This document shows positions 14,285-28,350 of a stretch of DNA of 64,000 bases, in pieces; position 1 is the first letter of the stretch, and every line of letters begins with the position of its first letter. The position numbers were made by a program, and so were the translations under genes. This DNA comes from Octopus vulgaris (Eukaryota), in contig OX597832.1 in the NCBI GenBank assembly GCA_951406725.2, forward strand, positions 50,778,001 to 50,842,000. Reading direction: 5' to 3'. The notes below the pieces were generated by a model, which worked only from the letters and a program-made list of their open reading frames with translations, was not told where the DNA came from and did not search any database.

Positions 14285-14845
14285 ATTATTCCCAGCTGTG
14301 TTACTCAGATAACTAGCTCGAGTGTTCCAGTTCATCCGATCAACAGAACAGCCCGCTCGTGAAACCAAAGTGCAAATGGCTGATCACTCCACAAACGTTG
14401 TTCTCAGAGAGATTCAGCGAGACACAGAATGTGGCAAGGCTGGTCCTTTGAATTACATGTTACAATCCATTTTCGCCAGCAAAGTGGACTGGAGCAAAGG
14501 AATATAAAGCGTCTTGCTCCAGATCACATCATACCTATTTCTTTACTACCCACAAGGGGCTAAACACAGAGGGGACAAACAAGGACAGACAAACGGATTA
14601 AGTCGAGTACATCGACCCCAGTGCGTAACTGGTACTTAATTTATCGACCCCGAAAGGATGAAAGGCAAAGTCGACCTCGGCGGAATTTGAACTTAGAACG
14701 TAACGACAGACGAAATGCGGCTACGTATTTCGCCCGGCGTGCTAACGGTTCTGCCAGCTCGCCGCCTCGATCACATCATACCGCCAGGAATCGAACCCAC
14801 GACCGTTTGATCGAGAGCCCAACACCCTAATCACTAAACCACTTA
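14285..14845 (-). mobile_element. SINE family D-like copy interrupted by a family A insertion
   Basis: tRNA-like head at 14783-14842 (minus GTGGTTTAGTGATTAGGGTG..GGTTCGATTCC); body continues at 14285-14535. Confidence 0.6.
14536..14768 (-). mobile_element. SINE family A (tail-1), full length, with perfect 14-bp TSD
   Basis: TSD GATCACATCATACC at 14522-14535 and 14769-14782. Confidence 0.92.
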
Positions 14846-15284
14846 CTGAGGAACTTTTGATTAAAAGAAAAAAAAAATTCCATTTTATACAATCTTCAAT
14901 ATTTTGCTTGTTTGTTTGGCGAAAGAATTGAACCGAAGATACGTATTAACAGTTATTCCTAATTAAAACCATGGCTATTGCGGGACATTTTGCACTATTG
15001 TCCAGTTTAAGTGGACACATATAGGAAATATATTTTCCTGCAAGGAAACTTGTAAATTAGGCGATAATTATGAACGGTTCTTGATCGAAGAACTTTTGTT
15101 CCTGACGGCGTGGTTTCCAAAGTCGTTCAGAGAACCATTGCATCTACGTGTTGCACTTGTAGAAATGGTAAGAGTCGCACACTCTCGGCCAGACGCACAA
15201 AAACCAACAAATCTTGCTAAAGCAATTAAACATAACCTACTAATTGTGACATTTGTGCTACTTTATACACACACACACACACAC

Positions 15285-15315
<31 letters not shown>

Positions 15316-15333
15316 CATACATACATACATACC

Positions 15334-15404
<71 letters not shown>

Positions 15405-15478
15405 GGAGATGGAAATAAAACCATCATCTTTTGTATATAAAAATTTGATTTATATAGATCTCTTATCTTTTTCAACTA

Positions 15479-15536
<58 letters not shown>

Positions 15537-15550
15537 AGAGAGAGAGAGAG

Positions 15551-15655
<105 letters not shown>

Positions 15656-15940
15656 GATAGATAGATAGATTAAAATTTAAAAATGATAATGAAAAAGATT
15701 TCGGATCACTCAAAACCATTTTATTTAGACAGAGAATATAAACAGATAGAAACTCTTACAAAGAATAAGTTCTGGGGTCGATTTGATCGACTAAAGGCGG
15801 TGCTCCAGCATGGCCACAGTCAAATGACTGAAACAAGAAAACGAGTAAAAAGAGTAAAGAGTGATTAGAACTACCAGTGAAGTCATTCTTTTTCTTCTTT
15901 TCAAATATACCTAATTGTACAAAGGATCTCAAACATTTCT

Positions 15941-15998
<58 letters not shown>

Positions 15999-16279
15999 AG
16001 CAGATTGGAAAATAATTTGAGTATCATTTATTCACCATTACACGTGTTTCATTTGCTAATAGTAGTTACAAAATTGTACGTGTAGAATAAACATGCAAGA
16101 TATCACCTGTTAGAAATTCGTAAGACTGATAATCAAATTACTCTATTAATTCTATCAATTAATTATTTAATTCTCTGTTTGAAGAAGTTCTAATAGGATA
16201 TATCTTACATTTTTCTCCTGCATGTACAATCTTGTAACTCCTATTAGTATACGAATATATATAAATATATATATAAGAA

Positions 16280-16470
16280 TCGTTGGCGATTTTCTTCCCC
16301 CGTCTTCCCATCTATTGGACTTTCCTCTGTTTCCGAAGAAGAGCGGTCTGCTCGAAATGTTAAACCACCTTTCTTTCCTTCCCTGAGCGTCTGCTAATAC
16401 TTTACATGTACCACGTCCTCGCGTTGTTGTGTTTTTTGTGTTTGTTCTTCTTTTTGGGGATTTACTATAT
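16280..16470 (+). mobile_element. Hammerhead-bearing short element, subfamily 1
   Basis: GTTT-CCGAAGA-A-GAGC(GGTCT)GCTC-GAAAT-GTT-AAAC at 16329-16365; flanked by TA runs. Confidence 0.55.
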
Positions 16471-16471
16471 G

Positions 16472-16519
<48 letters not shown>

Positions 16520-17167
16520 CATACATATGTGTATGTATGTATGTATGTATGCATGCATGCATGTATGTATGTATGTGTGTATGCATGCACGTGCGCGCGT
16601 ATGAGTGTTATAGTAGATATTTACACGAGCAAACTCAGATATTCAATACATAGAATAAAATGAAATATTTAATTAAAACGTTAGTTTTATCATTTATATA
16701 TTGCGAACATCAGGACTCATATTCAGAGACATTAAAAAATTTTCAGGCGAGTAAACAGTCATTCGACATGAATATCGCAGCTGCTTTTTAGCATATCTAT
16801 ATCTATTTATGAGTACATGATTGCTTCAAGTAAATCGTTAAATATTAATCCGTTCACTCAAGTGGTCGTGTAATTTTTCAGAATATTAGCAAATATTTTT
16901 TGAAGTGACTACATTTGTTGAAGATCTCTGATTTGACATTTAAAAAGTTTGCAGATTTATTGAGGCATATGAGTATGAGATTCTTTTCTGTTGTATCTAA
17001 CCCGAAGGTTTTTGTGCTGTTACTGTTCCTTTCAGCATCCAGGCGTAATTAGATAACTTTGTTACACTCCTCTTTCCTATATTTCTGAAGGAAGACGTTG
17101 TTAAAGTATCTTTGTAGTAGAGAGCATGGCCGCAGCTCTGAGCTGAAACTAGAAAAAAAAATGAGAG

Positions 17168-17209
<42 letters not shown>

Positions 17210-17842
17210 GGAGGGATAGCTTGCGTAATGTACAAGGTACAAATGCATTCTTTGGGATTTAGATAATGATTTTGCAGGACTTGAGGCTATGGATAGAAAA
17301 TTTCAGGCCTTGTTCCTGTATTAGAAAGGATTATATAATTTCTTGTTTTGAGCTTGATTTTACGTCCAATAACACAGCAATGCGTATGTTGTATGCATGT
17401 AAACAGAGGGAGTTCTTTTAGGAGTTTCTGAAAGGCTATTTTCTGTAGTCCGGCAATGGCCAGGTCACAAAGTTGCCAAATTAATGAGGTTTGACCTGTA
17501 TTAGCTTATGTCCTCTAGGGAAATGTAGGAAGTATCGCTGCATCGTGAAATCACAGACGCCTACCTGGCGGGTGCCTGGTTTTTGTATTGTTGCAACCCG
17601 GGGAACTTCCCTAGGGGCGCCCATGGTCCAGTTGGTGGTTTCAAATTGGAGGAAGGGTGATGCACACACACACACACACCGAAGCACAAACATACGCCCG
17701 CGCTCACACGCATGCACGCAACCACACACGTAAGCACACAAGAAAGCACAAACTACACACATTCAACTGCTGCGATATACGCATACAGGAACACGCATGC
17801 GCTCTTTTATATCAACGTTGCAAGAAAGAAACACATATCTCT

Positions 17843-18226
17843 CTTTTTACTCTCTTTTACTTGTTTCAGTCATTTGACTGCGGCCATGCTGCAGCACCGC
17901 CTTTAATCGAGCAACTCGACCCCGGGACTTATTCTTTTGTAAGGTCTCTTTTGCCGAACTGCTAAGTAACAGGGACATAAATACACCAGCATCGGTTGTC
18001 AAGCAATGCTAGGGGGACAAACACAGACACACAAACACACACATGTATATATATATATATATACATATATATACATATATACGACGGGCTTCTTTCAGTT
18101 TCCGTCTACCAAATCCACTCACAATGCTTTGGTCGGCCCGAGACTATAGTAGAACACTTGCCCAAGGTGCCACGCAGTGGGACTGAACCCTGAACCATGT
18201 GGTTGGTAAACAAGCTACTTACCACA
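17843..18226 (-). mobile_element. SINE family B
   Basis: Reverse complement of the 717-1136 consensus, including the internal microsatellite. Confidence 0.88.
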
Positions 18227-18789
18227 CGTGTACTTAGTGCCCACTCTCACTCTCTCTCTCTCTCTCTCTCACACACACCCTCTCTCACACACACGGACAC
18301 ACACACGGACATGAACACACATGGACACACAAACATACACACATACACATAAACACATGCAAACCCGCTAACATAATATCACACATACACACGCGTTCAC
18401 AAACATGCACTCATGACAACATGCATGCATGCGTTCACGTTTGTGCGTGTATTCATGCATGTGCAGCAATGTTGCACATCTATGCACGCAAACACATACA
18501 TATAGATATGTGTGTTTAGCATCTACATGCATATGTATATATGTATGCTATAAACATACACACGCACATAAGCTCATAAATACATACGTTTGTGTGTATA
18601 TCAGTGTATATATGTGTATGAGTTTATGCTGGGTATTTATATGCATGTATGTATGAATGCTGTGTGTATACCTTTCTTCTGTTGGCCTGCTCGCTTAGCC
18701 AGCGGGGTGGCATCATTTGAAGGCTAAAAAACAATGCGAAGCGCATTGTGACCAGCGATGTGTAGCAATATCTGATAGTAACAGTGATA

Positions 18790-18990
18790 TAGGTGGCGGT
18801 GATGAAAAGTTCCTGGCTGTAAGGATGTCGCGAAAGGCCTGGCTGAAGGTGCAACCATCCGAGTTCTTTTTACAGGGCTTACGAAAAGAGAAATACCTGA
18901 AAGGGAAACATGTTGAATAAAATTATAGTCAACTGATCCTCCTGTATTTTCATTAACCCAAAGCCAGGAACTTTTCAGCACTCCCACATT
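18790..18990. mobile_element. Tc1/mariner-type MITE remnant
   Basis: Inverted repeats GGTGATGAAAAGTTCCTGGCT (18798-18818) / AGCCAGGAACTTTTCAGCACT (18962-18982). Confidence 0.6.
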
Positions 18991-19050
18991 GATTATACAA
19001 TACACACACATGCACACACACACGCACATGCGCACACACACACATATTTA

Positions 19051-19213
19051 TAGGCTCAGGAGTGGCTATGTGGTAAGAAGCTTACTTCCCAACCACATGG
19101 TTCCGGGTTCAATTCCACTGTGTGGAACCTTGGGCAAATAGTCTTTTGCTATAGCCTCGAGCCGACTAAGGCCTTGTGAGTGAATTTGGTAGACGGAAAC
19201 TGAAAGAAGCCCG

Positions 19214-19273
<60 letters not shown>

Positions 19274-19611
19274 ATGTGTGTGTGTGTGTGCATGTGTGTG
19301 TGGTGGGGGCGCAATGGCCCAGTGGTTAGGGCAGTGGACTCGCGGTTGTAGCATCGCGGTTTCGATTCCCAGATCGGGCGTTGTGAATGTTTATTGAGCG
19401 AAAACACCTAAAGCTCCCCGAGGCTCCGGCAGGGGGTGGTGGCGATTCCTGCTGTATTCGTTATTCTTTCGCCACAACTTTCTCTCACTTTTTCTTCTGT
19501 TGGCCTGCTCGCTTAGCCAGCAGGGTGGCATCATTTGAAGGCTAAAACAATGCGAAGCGCATTGTGACCAGCGATGTGTAGCAACATCTGATAGCCTGGT
19601 CGGTCACGGTG

Positions 19612-19646
<35 letters not shown>

Positions 19647-19752
19647 CGTGTATGTATATATTTTTGTGTCTCTGTTTGTTCCCCCACCATCGCTTGACAA
19701 CCGATGCTGGTGTGTTTACGTCCCCGTAACTTAGTGGTTTGGCAAAAGACCG
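19051..19752 (+). mobile_element. SINE family B with a family C SINE (19304-19614) nested in its internal microsatellite
   Basis: B 5' half at 19051-19216, C copy with short tail, B 3' half at about 19660-19752. A C-tail fragment also occurs at about 18670-18790. Confidence 0.8.
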
Positions 19753-20129
19753 TATATGTGTGTGTGTGTAACGCGTGTATTCATATATATATATATATAT
19801 AAATGTGTATCCATTTCGGGTGTGTGAAAACTCACATATGCGTACTTGTGCGTGCATATAGTCATGTGTGTGTTTGTGTGTGTATATATATATCGGAGCG
19901 GACAAATGTATTTATGTGGAAGTATGTATTAGTATGTGCATACACACATACACATACATGCAAGCGCAAATATGCTCACAAATGTGCAATATGTATGCGT
20001 GTTATTGTTTAAGGTCAGGACAGCCCTGTCCTAGCAGATTTATTAAGACATTCCAACTGTGGTCGTCCCGCCCTTTTGGGTGAATGCTGGACTGCATTAT
20101 CTCATGTGACGTTATTACGGTGTTAGATA

Positions 20130-21290
20130 TACGCGCACACACATACGCACAAACGCATACATGCACACACACACACACGCTCATACACACACATACACAC
20201 ACGCTCATACACAGACACATACACACGATCATACATACACACACACACATAAATCGATGGTTGCAAACGTGCAGAGCATTCACAAATATGGGCACACACA
20301 GACACGCACAAACGCATGCATACGTGCACATGCACGCACACATACACACACACACACACACACGTACGCTCATACACACATACTCACACACACTCACACA
20401 CGCAGTCTCATACGCACATGCACTCACATGCATACGCACATACACACACAAACGCATGCATACTTGCACACGCACACACACACACACACTCATACATACA
20501 TACACACACACACTCATACACACACACATACACACACTCACACACGCAGACACTCATACGCACATGCACTCATACACACACACACACACACACACACTCA
20601 TACACACACACATACACACACTCACACACGCAGACACTCATACGCACATGCACTCACTTGCATGCCCACATACACACACAAACGCATGCATACTTGCACA
20701 CGCACACACACACACACACTCATACATACATACACACACACACTCATACACACAGACTCACACACACTCACACACGCAGACACTCATACGCACATGCACT
20801 CACTTGCATGCCCACATACACACACAAACGCATGCATACTTGCACACGCAATCACACACACACACACACACACGCACACACTCATACACACACACACTCA
20901 TACATACACACACACTCATACACACATACTCACACACACTCACACACGCAGACACTCATGCGCACATGCACTCACTTGCATGCCCACATACACGCACAAA
21001 CGCATGTATACATGCACACGCAAGCACACACACACACACGCACACACTCATACACACATACTCACACACATTCATTCACACACACACACACTCATGCGCG
21101 CATGCACTCACATGCATACCCACATACACACACACATAAAGCTATGTTTGCAAAACACGCACAGCGTTCACAAATATGCACGCACGTAATATCCTACATG
21201 CATACAAGCATACACACGCATGTAAACACATACACACACATGCGTGTGTATATACATATATACACGCATATACACACACGTTCACAGGCA
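20130..21290. repeat. Complex CA-rich minisatellite with higher-order units
   Basis: Repeated unit cacacgcagacactcatacgcacatgcactca...; inverted homology to 23170-24620. Confidence 0.8.
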
Positions 21291-21452
21291 CACGTCTTTA
21301 TACATAGGGTGGGATTCGAGCGATATTTAACTGCTATTTCTAGCAGGATGATTGACCGGGTAGATGCCCTTCATTGGCTTGTATGTATGTATGTGCGAGT
21401 GTTACATGATTATGCGTGCATGCATCAATGTGTGTGCGTGTTTGTAACTGCT

Positions 21453-21498
<46 letters not shown>

Positions 21499-21684
21499 TG
21501 TGCGTATGTTTGTGTGTGCGTGTGAGTCTGTGTGCGTTTGCGCCTGTGACCGTGTGACTGTGTATATGTGTGTGTGCGTGTGTGTATATATATGTGTGTG
21601 TATATGTGTGTGTATGTGTGTGCGTGCGTGTATATGCGTGTATGTATGTGTGTGTGTGTTTGTTGTATTGTGTTTGCGAATGCA

Positions 21685-21873
21685 TCGTTAGCTACTGCAT
21701 ACATTTTTTTTCGCTCCTTGTTTCTCTCCTTGTTTTTTTCTGTGTCTCTTTCTGTCGAAGAGCATAGGCTCGAAACGTTAAGGACTTTTTTCTATTCCTG
21801 AGCGCTATACTAATACTTTTGTTTGTTTGTACTCCACCTGCCTTCGCATTTTGTTTATTTTCGTAAACTTTCC

Positions 21874-21880
<7 letters not shown>
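21685..21880 (+). mobile_element. Hammerhead-bearing short element, subfamily 2
   Basis: TCTTT-CTGTCGA-A-GAGC(ATAG)GCTC-GAAAC-GTT-AAGGA at 21747-21784; followed by (TA)n. Confidence 0.58.
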
Positions 21881-21952
<72 letters not shown>

Positions 21953-22319
21953 AGTGCAGAAATATTTGTGCGCGCGTGTATATACACATATGTATGTACA
22001 TATGTACAGAAATATGTGTGTGTATGTTTATTGTATTGTGTTTGGGAATGCGTGAATATATATATATATATGTTGGATCAGGCGAATGTGTACATATGGT
22101 ACATGTATGCGTACGTGTGTCATATGTTTATGTGTGTGGGTGTACGCTCGTCAACGCAACTACACACACGTACACACACACACAAACACTTGTCTGTGTG
22201 TGTGTATGTTTATATGCGCACATGTTGAATGCATGTTTATGAACCATGTGCGTGTACATTTGCAAAGCAGGTATATATGAACGCATATATATGTTTAAGA
22301 GGTGTGTGTATATATGTTC

Positions 22320-23006
22320 GTGTGTGTCGATGTATATATATATATACGCGTACATGCTTGTATATTGCGTATATATATGTGTGCGAGTGTACATGTATAT
22401 ATATATATATATACGCGTACATGCTTGTATATTGCGTATATATATGTGTGCGAGTGTCCATGTATATATATATATACGCGTACATGCTTGTATATTACGT
22501 ATATATATGTGTGCGAGTGTGCATATATAACGATGTGTGTTTGTGTGAACGTGTATCTGTGTATATGGTTACGTATATGTTATGTGTGTACAAGTACGTG
22601 TATGTATGTGTGCGTGTGTGTACATGAGTGTGTGCAAGTATACATGCATTTGTTTGTATATGTGCGTGTGTGTGTACGCGCGCGCGAGTTCATGTTTGTA
22701 AATGCGTGTGTATATATATGCATCTATAGATATGTACGCGTGTATATGCATGCATTTATGAGTGTGCGTTCATGTATGTGAATGCGTATGAATGTTTACA
22801 ACTAGATTTGTAAACGCGTGTGTACATGTGTGTACGTACGAAGCTGTATATATATTGCGTATAAAGATGCGTATGTATGTGTGTACATGTGTAAGCGTAT
22901 ATCTGTGTACATATATTTTATTTTTATTTATTTTATTTTATCTAGTTTCAGCTCACGAGCTGTGGCCATGCTGGAGCACCGCCATGTGTGTGCATCTATT
23001 TATGTA

Positions 23007-23041
<35 letters not shown>

Positions 23042-23124
23042 AACCGTTTATGTATCTGCGTGTATGTTTGTGAACGTGTATGTATAAAGACGCGTGAGTG
23101 CGTGTGTGAGTGTGTATGTGTATA

Positions 23125-23167
<43 letters not shown>

Positions 23168-23268
23168 GCCACGTGTGTGTATATGTTTACATGCGTGTGT
23201 ATGCTTGTATGCATATGTTTTTACGTGTGTGCTTGCATATTTGCGTAGATTTATGTATGTGTATGCGG

Positions 23269-23312
<44 letters not shown>

Positions 23313-24620
23313 ATGCGTGTATGTGTGTGTGCGTGTGTACGTAAGTGTGCACGCGTTTGTGTGTGTGCATGTTTGTGTATGTTTGTGTGTTTACGTGCGT
23401 GTATATTTGTATACACTGTACATGCTTGCAACCATAGATTTGCATGTGTGTGTCTGTGTGTGTTTGTGTATGTGTAAGCGTGTATTTGTGTGTGTGTGTG
23501 TGTGTGTATGGCTATGTGTGCGTACAAATATGCATGTATATGTTTGAGTGTGTGCGTGTGTGTGCGTATTTGCGAACGCTGTGTATATTTGCAGCCGTAG
23601 GTTTGTATGCGTGTGTATGTGTGTGTGTGCGTATGTGTAAGCATGTATGTGTGTGTGTGTGTGTATGTGTGTGCAAATATGAATGCGTATGTGTGTGTAT
23701 GTATGCGTGTGTATGTGTGTGTGTGCGTATGTATAAGCGTGTATGTGTGTATGTGTGAATATGTGTGTGCAAGTATGAATGTGTATGTGTGTGTTTGTGT
23801 ATGTGTAAGCGTGTGTGTGTGTGTGTGTGTATGTGTGAATATGTGAGTGCAAATATGAATGCGTATGTGTGTGTATGTATGTGTGTGTTTTTGTATGTGT
23901 AAGCGTGTATGTGTGTATGTGTGTGTATGTGTGAATACGTGTGTGCAAATATGAATGCGTATGTGTGTGTATGTGTGTGTGTATGTGTGTGTGTATGGCT
24001 ATGTGTGCGTACAAATATGCATGTATATGTTTGAATGTGTGCGTGTGTGTGCGTGCATATTTGCGAACGCCGTGTATATTTGTAGCCATAGGTTTGTATG
24101 CGTGTGTATGTGTGTGTATGCGTATGTATAAGCGAGTATGTGTGTATGTGTGAATGTGTGCAAATATGAATGCGTATGTGTGTGTATGTACGTGTGTGTT
24201 TGTGTATGTGTAAGCGTGTATGTGTGTGTATGTGTATGTGTGAATATGTGAGTGCAAATATGAATGCGTATGTGTGTGTATGTATGTGTGTGTGCTTGTG
24301 TATGTGTAAGCGTGTATGTGTGTATGTGTGTGTATGTGTGAATATGTGTGTGCAAGAATGAATGCGTATGTGTGTTTGTGTTTATATGTTTATGTATAGC
24401 TATGTGTGCGTACAAATATGCATGTATATGTTTGAATGTGTGTGTGTGTATGTGCGTGCATATTTACGAACGCCGTGTATATTTGCAGCCATAGGTTTGT
24501 ATGCGTGTATGCGTGTGTATGTGTGTGTGCGTGCGTGTATGTACACGTGTCTATGCGCATGTGTGCATGTGTGTGTGTGTATATGTGTGTATGTGCGTGT
24601 ATGTGTATGTAAGTGTGTGC
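22320..24620. repeat. GT/TA-rich complex minisatellite: ~66-bp unit x3 (22330-22520) and ~400-490-bp higher-order unit x3 (starts near 23507, 23994, 24394)
   Basis: Recurrent anchor gctatgtgtgcgtacaaatatgcatgtatatgtttga...tatttgcagcc.taggtttgtatgcg. Confidence 0.8.
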
Positions 24621-25894
24621 ACGCCATATATATACTGCATGCGTTCTTAAGTACGGACTGTCTGCGTTGCTATTACGTATGCACAACAATCCAGCAATTT
24701 GCTTCGGAAGATGAATAAATAAATATATAAATAAATATATAAATAAATAAATAAATGAATGAATAAACAAATAAAAATAAATAAATAGATAAAAAAATAA
24801 AATAAATTAGCTAAATAAATAAATAAATAAACAAATAAATAAATGAATAATCTGGACATTTAGCTATGTCAAGCGTTTTGCCAAACGGCGTTGGTTGGTT
24901 TCTACGTATGGAAAACGTCTTCAAAAATGGTAGGCTAGCTGCGTCTGGTTGTCAAGAGCACCTGATGACGACACGGTTGGAAGGTACCACCCACCAAATG
25001 CGCGTGTGCGTGTGTGTGTGTGTGTGTGTATGTGTGTGTGTGTGTGTATGTGTGTGCGCGTGTGTGCGTGTGTGTATGTGTGTGTGTGTCCAGTTTCACA
25101 ATGCCCAAACTCCACCCACCGTTAATAACCGACAATCACTGTCACCCGCCACTTCGATCGCTACGGTCTGAGCGTGTGTGTGTGTGTATGTGTGTGTTAT
25201 GTGTGTGTGTGTGTGTGTGTATGTGCATGCGTGAGTCCTGCCCTCTTTCCACCACAAACACGCGCGCGCGCGCGCGCACACACACACACATACACACAGC
25301 CCGCACTACGATAACTAGAGCCACCCCAGACACACACACGCGCACGCACACGCCATACACACGCATTGTATCTCTTACGCACACACTCACTCTTATATAC
25401 ACACACATATATATATACATACGCATACACACACATGCACACATACATACGCATACATATACATAAGCATAATGAACATCATCATCATCGTCATCATCAT
25501 TATCGTCATCAGCATCATCATCATCGTTTTACCGTCCAATTTTCTGAGCTTGCATGGGTCGGACAATACATACATACAAACATACATACATGCAAACACA
25601 CGCACGCACACACGCATGCATACATCCCCACACACATATATACATATGTTTATACATACGTACATGCACATATATGTATGCATGCATGCATGCACATACA
25701 CACATATATACATACATGTACACACACACACATATATACACACACACACATATATAAATATATATGCATGAACATATGTATTTATGTATACATCTGTGTG
25801 CGTGTGTGTGTTTACATGCGTACACGTGCATATATACACACATATATATACATATATATATATGTTGTTACACTACAACTTTGTACGATTTATA

Positions 25895-25899
25895 ACCAT

Positions 25900-25935
<36 letters not shown>

Positions 25936-25997
25936 AACTACTACTACTACTGCTACTACTACTACTACTACTATTACTACTACAACTACTACTACTG

Positions 25998-26043
<46 letters not shown>

Positions 26044-26044
26044 A

Positions 26045-26076
<32 letters not shown>

Positions 26077-26844
26077 AGTAACTCTACAGTAACTATCATA
26101 ACATTAATACCTGCATGAATACCACCACTTCCGCAACATAAGAACGCTCCAGTACCTCGTGGTGTGTGTGTGTGTATGAGCAACAGCGTGCATATGCATG
26201 TGTAAGAGTGCATCACCCACCACAACCACCACCACCACCACCACCACCACCACCATAACCTAAGCTACTACGTCCAACAACAACAATAAAAACAACAATA
26301 ACAACAGCAACATCAATCAACCTCCCCGCTGTCTCTACCAACGCCACTAGAACCACCGTCATTAGATCACCAGGTAACACCACCACCGCCACCGCCATCG
26401 CCGCCGCCGCCGCCGTCACAATCACCGCCATCATCACCACTACCACCACCGCAGTCACCACCACCAGCATCACCACCGTAATCACTACCATCGCCGCTGC
26501 CCTCTGCCGCCGCCGCCACCACCATCATCATCATAATCACCGGCCCCGCCCCCCACTACCACCGCCACCAGCAAGACAACATCGCTGTTGTTGATACTAA
26601 TACTACCAATACTATTGCAATAACAGCCATTCGCTCCCCCTCTTCCCCCTGTTCCCGCATCTCTCAGCACTAAGCAAGGTTATCAATACCATCCCCACCA
26701 TCCCCACCACCCTCACCGCCAACAATATCCCCACCAACAACAACAACACCATCATCACCTACAATGCCGCCGCCGCCACTGCTATTGCCATCGCCACCAT
26801 TACGACTAGTGACACAGCTATCGTCATCTCTGACATCACGGCCG

Positions 26845-26880
<36 letters not shown>

Positions 26881-27950
26881 CCACCATCATCTTCATCATC
26901 ACCATCCTCATCATCATCATCAACACCAAAGCCGTCACTACAGCTATCACCTACGTCACAACCATCATCACCAGCACTACCATCACCAGTATCACTAAAA
27001 TCCCACCACCACCACCACCACCGCCGCCACCGCCGCAACCACCACTATTACCATAGCTACCACAAATATAACTACTTCTGCACCTCCCCCCACTCCTCAC
27101 CACCACTACCATCATCACCACAATCTCAACCATCACAGCCGTCTCTCTGTCATCAACAAAGCCGTTGTCACCAACACCAACGCAGACATTCCGATAATAA
27201 TAACAACTACAATAATAATAATAATAATAAGCAACCGCAAAGACAATAACAACATCGTCATCATCGGCAGCAGCAGCAACAACAACAACAACAGCTGCAA
27301 AGAGCAGCGACAGCAACAACAACAACAACAACAACAAGCAACAACAACAGCAACATCAACAATAGCAAGCAACAACAACAACTGCAAAGAGCATCGACAA
27401 CAGCAACAAACAACAAGAACAACAACAAGAACAACAACAGCAACAACAACAAGCAACAAGCAACAACAACGATGAGCAACATCAACAATAGCAAGCAACA
27501 ACAAACACAGCAAGCAAGCAACAACAAACAACAACAACAACAACAACAACAACAAGCAACAACAACGACCAGCAACAACAACATCAAGCAACATCAACAA
27601 CAGCATGCAACAACAAACACAGCAAGCAAAGACAGTAAGCAACAACAAAAGCAGCCAGCAGCAACAACAACAATAACAACTGTAACAGCAAGAATAACAG
27701 CAAAAAAACAGCAAATAGTTGTAACAACAGCAACAACAACAACATGAACATTCACGACAACACCAAGAACAGCAACATCAACGGCATCAGTCACAACAGT
27801 AAGAACAACGACGGCTGCCAACAGTGGTAACAATAATAATAACAACAACAACATCTGCAATAATAATAATAGCAAAAACCGTAACAGCAACAATAATAAG
27901 AATAACGAAAAGAGCAACGACAAGAAAAGCAATAACAACTGCAACAACGA
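25895..27950. repeat. (ACT)n, CCA/CAT/CCG and CAA-rich low-complexity field
   Basis: Directly visible in the sequence. Confidence 0.85.
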
Positions 27951-28350
27951 CAACTGAATCAGCAACCATCAACAACAAATGCGGCGGCAACAACAACGAC
28001 AACTGAATCAGCAACCATCAACAACAAATGCGGCGGCAACAACAACAGCAACAACGACAACTGAATCAGCAACCATCAACAACAAATGCGGCGGCAACAA
28101 CAACAGCTACAACGACAACTGAATCAGCAACCATCAACAACAAATGCGGCGGCAACAACAACAGTTACAACGACAACTGAATCAGCAACCATCAACAACA
28201 AATGCGGCGGCAACAACAACAGCTACAACGACAACTGAATCAGCAACCATCAACAACAAATGCGGCGGCAACAACAACAGCAACAACGACAACTGAATCA
28301 GCAACCATCAACAACAAATGCGGCGGCAACAACAACAGCTACAACGACAA
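27951..28350. repeat. 58-bp minisatellite, about 7 near-identical copies
   Basis: Unit CAACTGAATCAGCAACCATCAACAACAAATGCGGCGGCAACAACAACAGC(T/A)ACAACGA starting at 27951, 28000, 28058, 28116, 28174, 28232 and 28290. Confidence 0.92.

Noticed and set aside
24955-24995. CTGATGA followed by a short hairpin
   Set aside because: GAAG replaces GAAA, and there is no convincing stem I/III. Likely chance.
27951-28350. CRISPR-like regular array
   Set aside because: The units are contiguous and identical with no unique spacers, there are no cas genes, and the context is eukaryotic.
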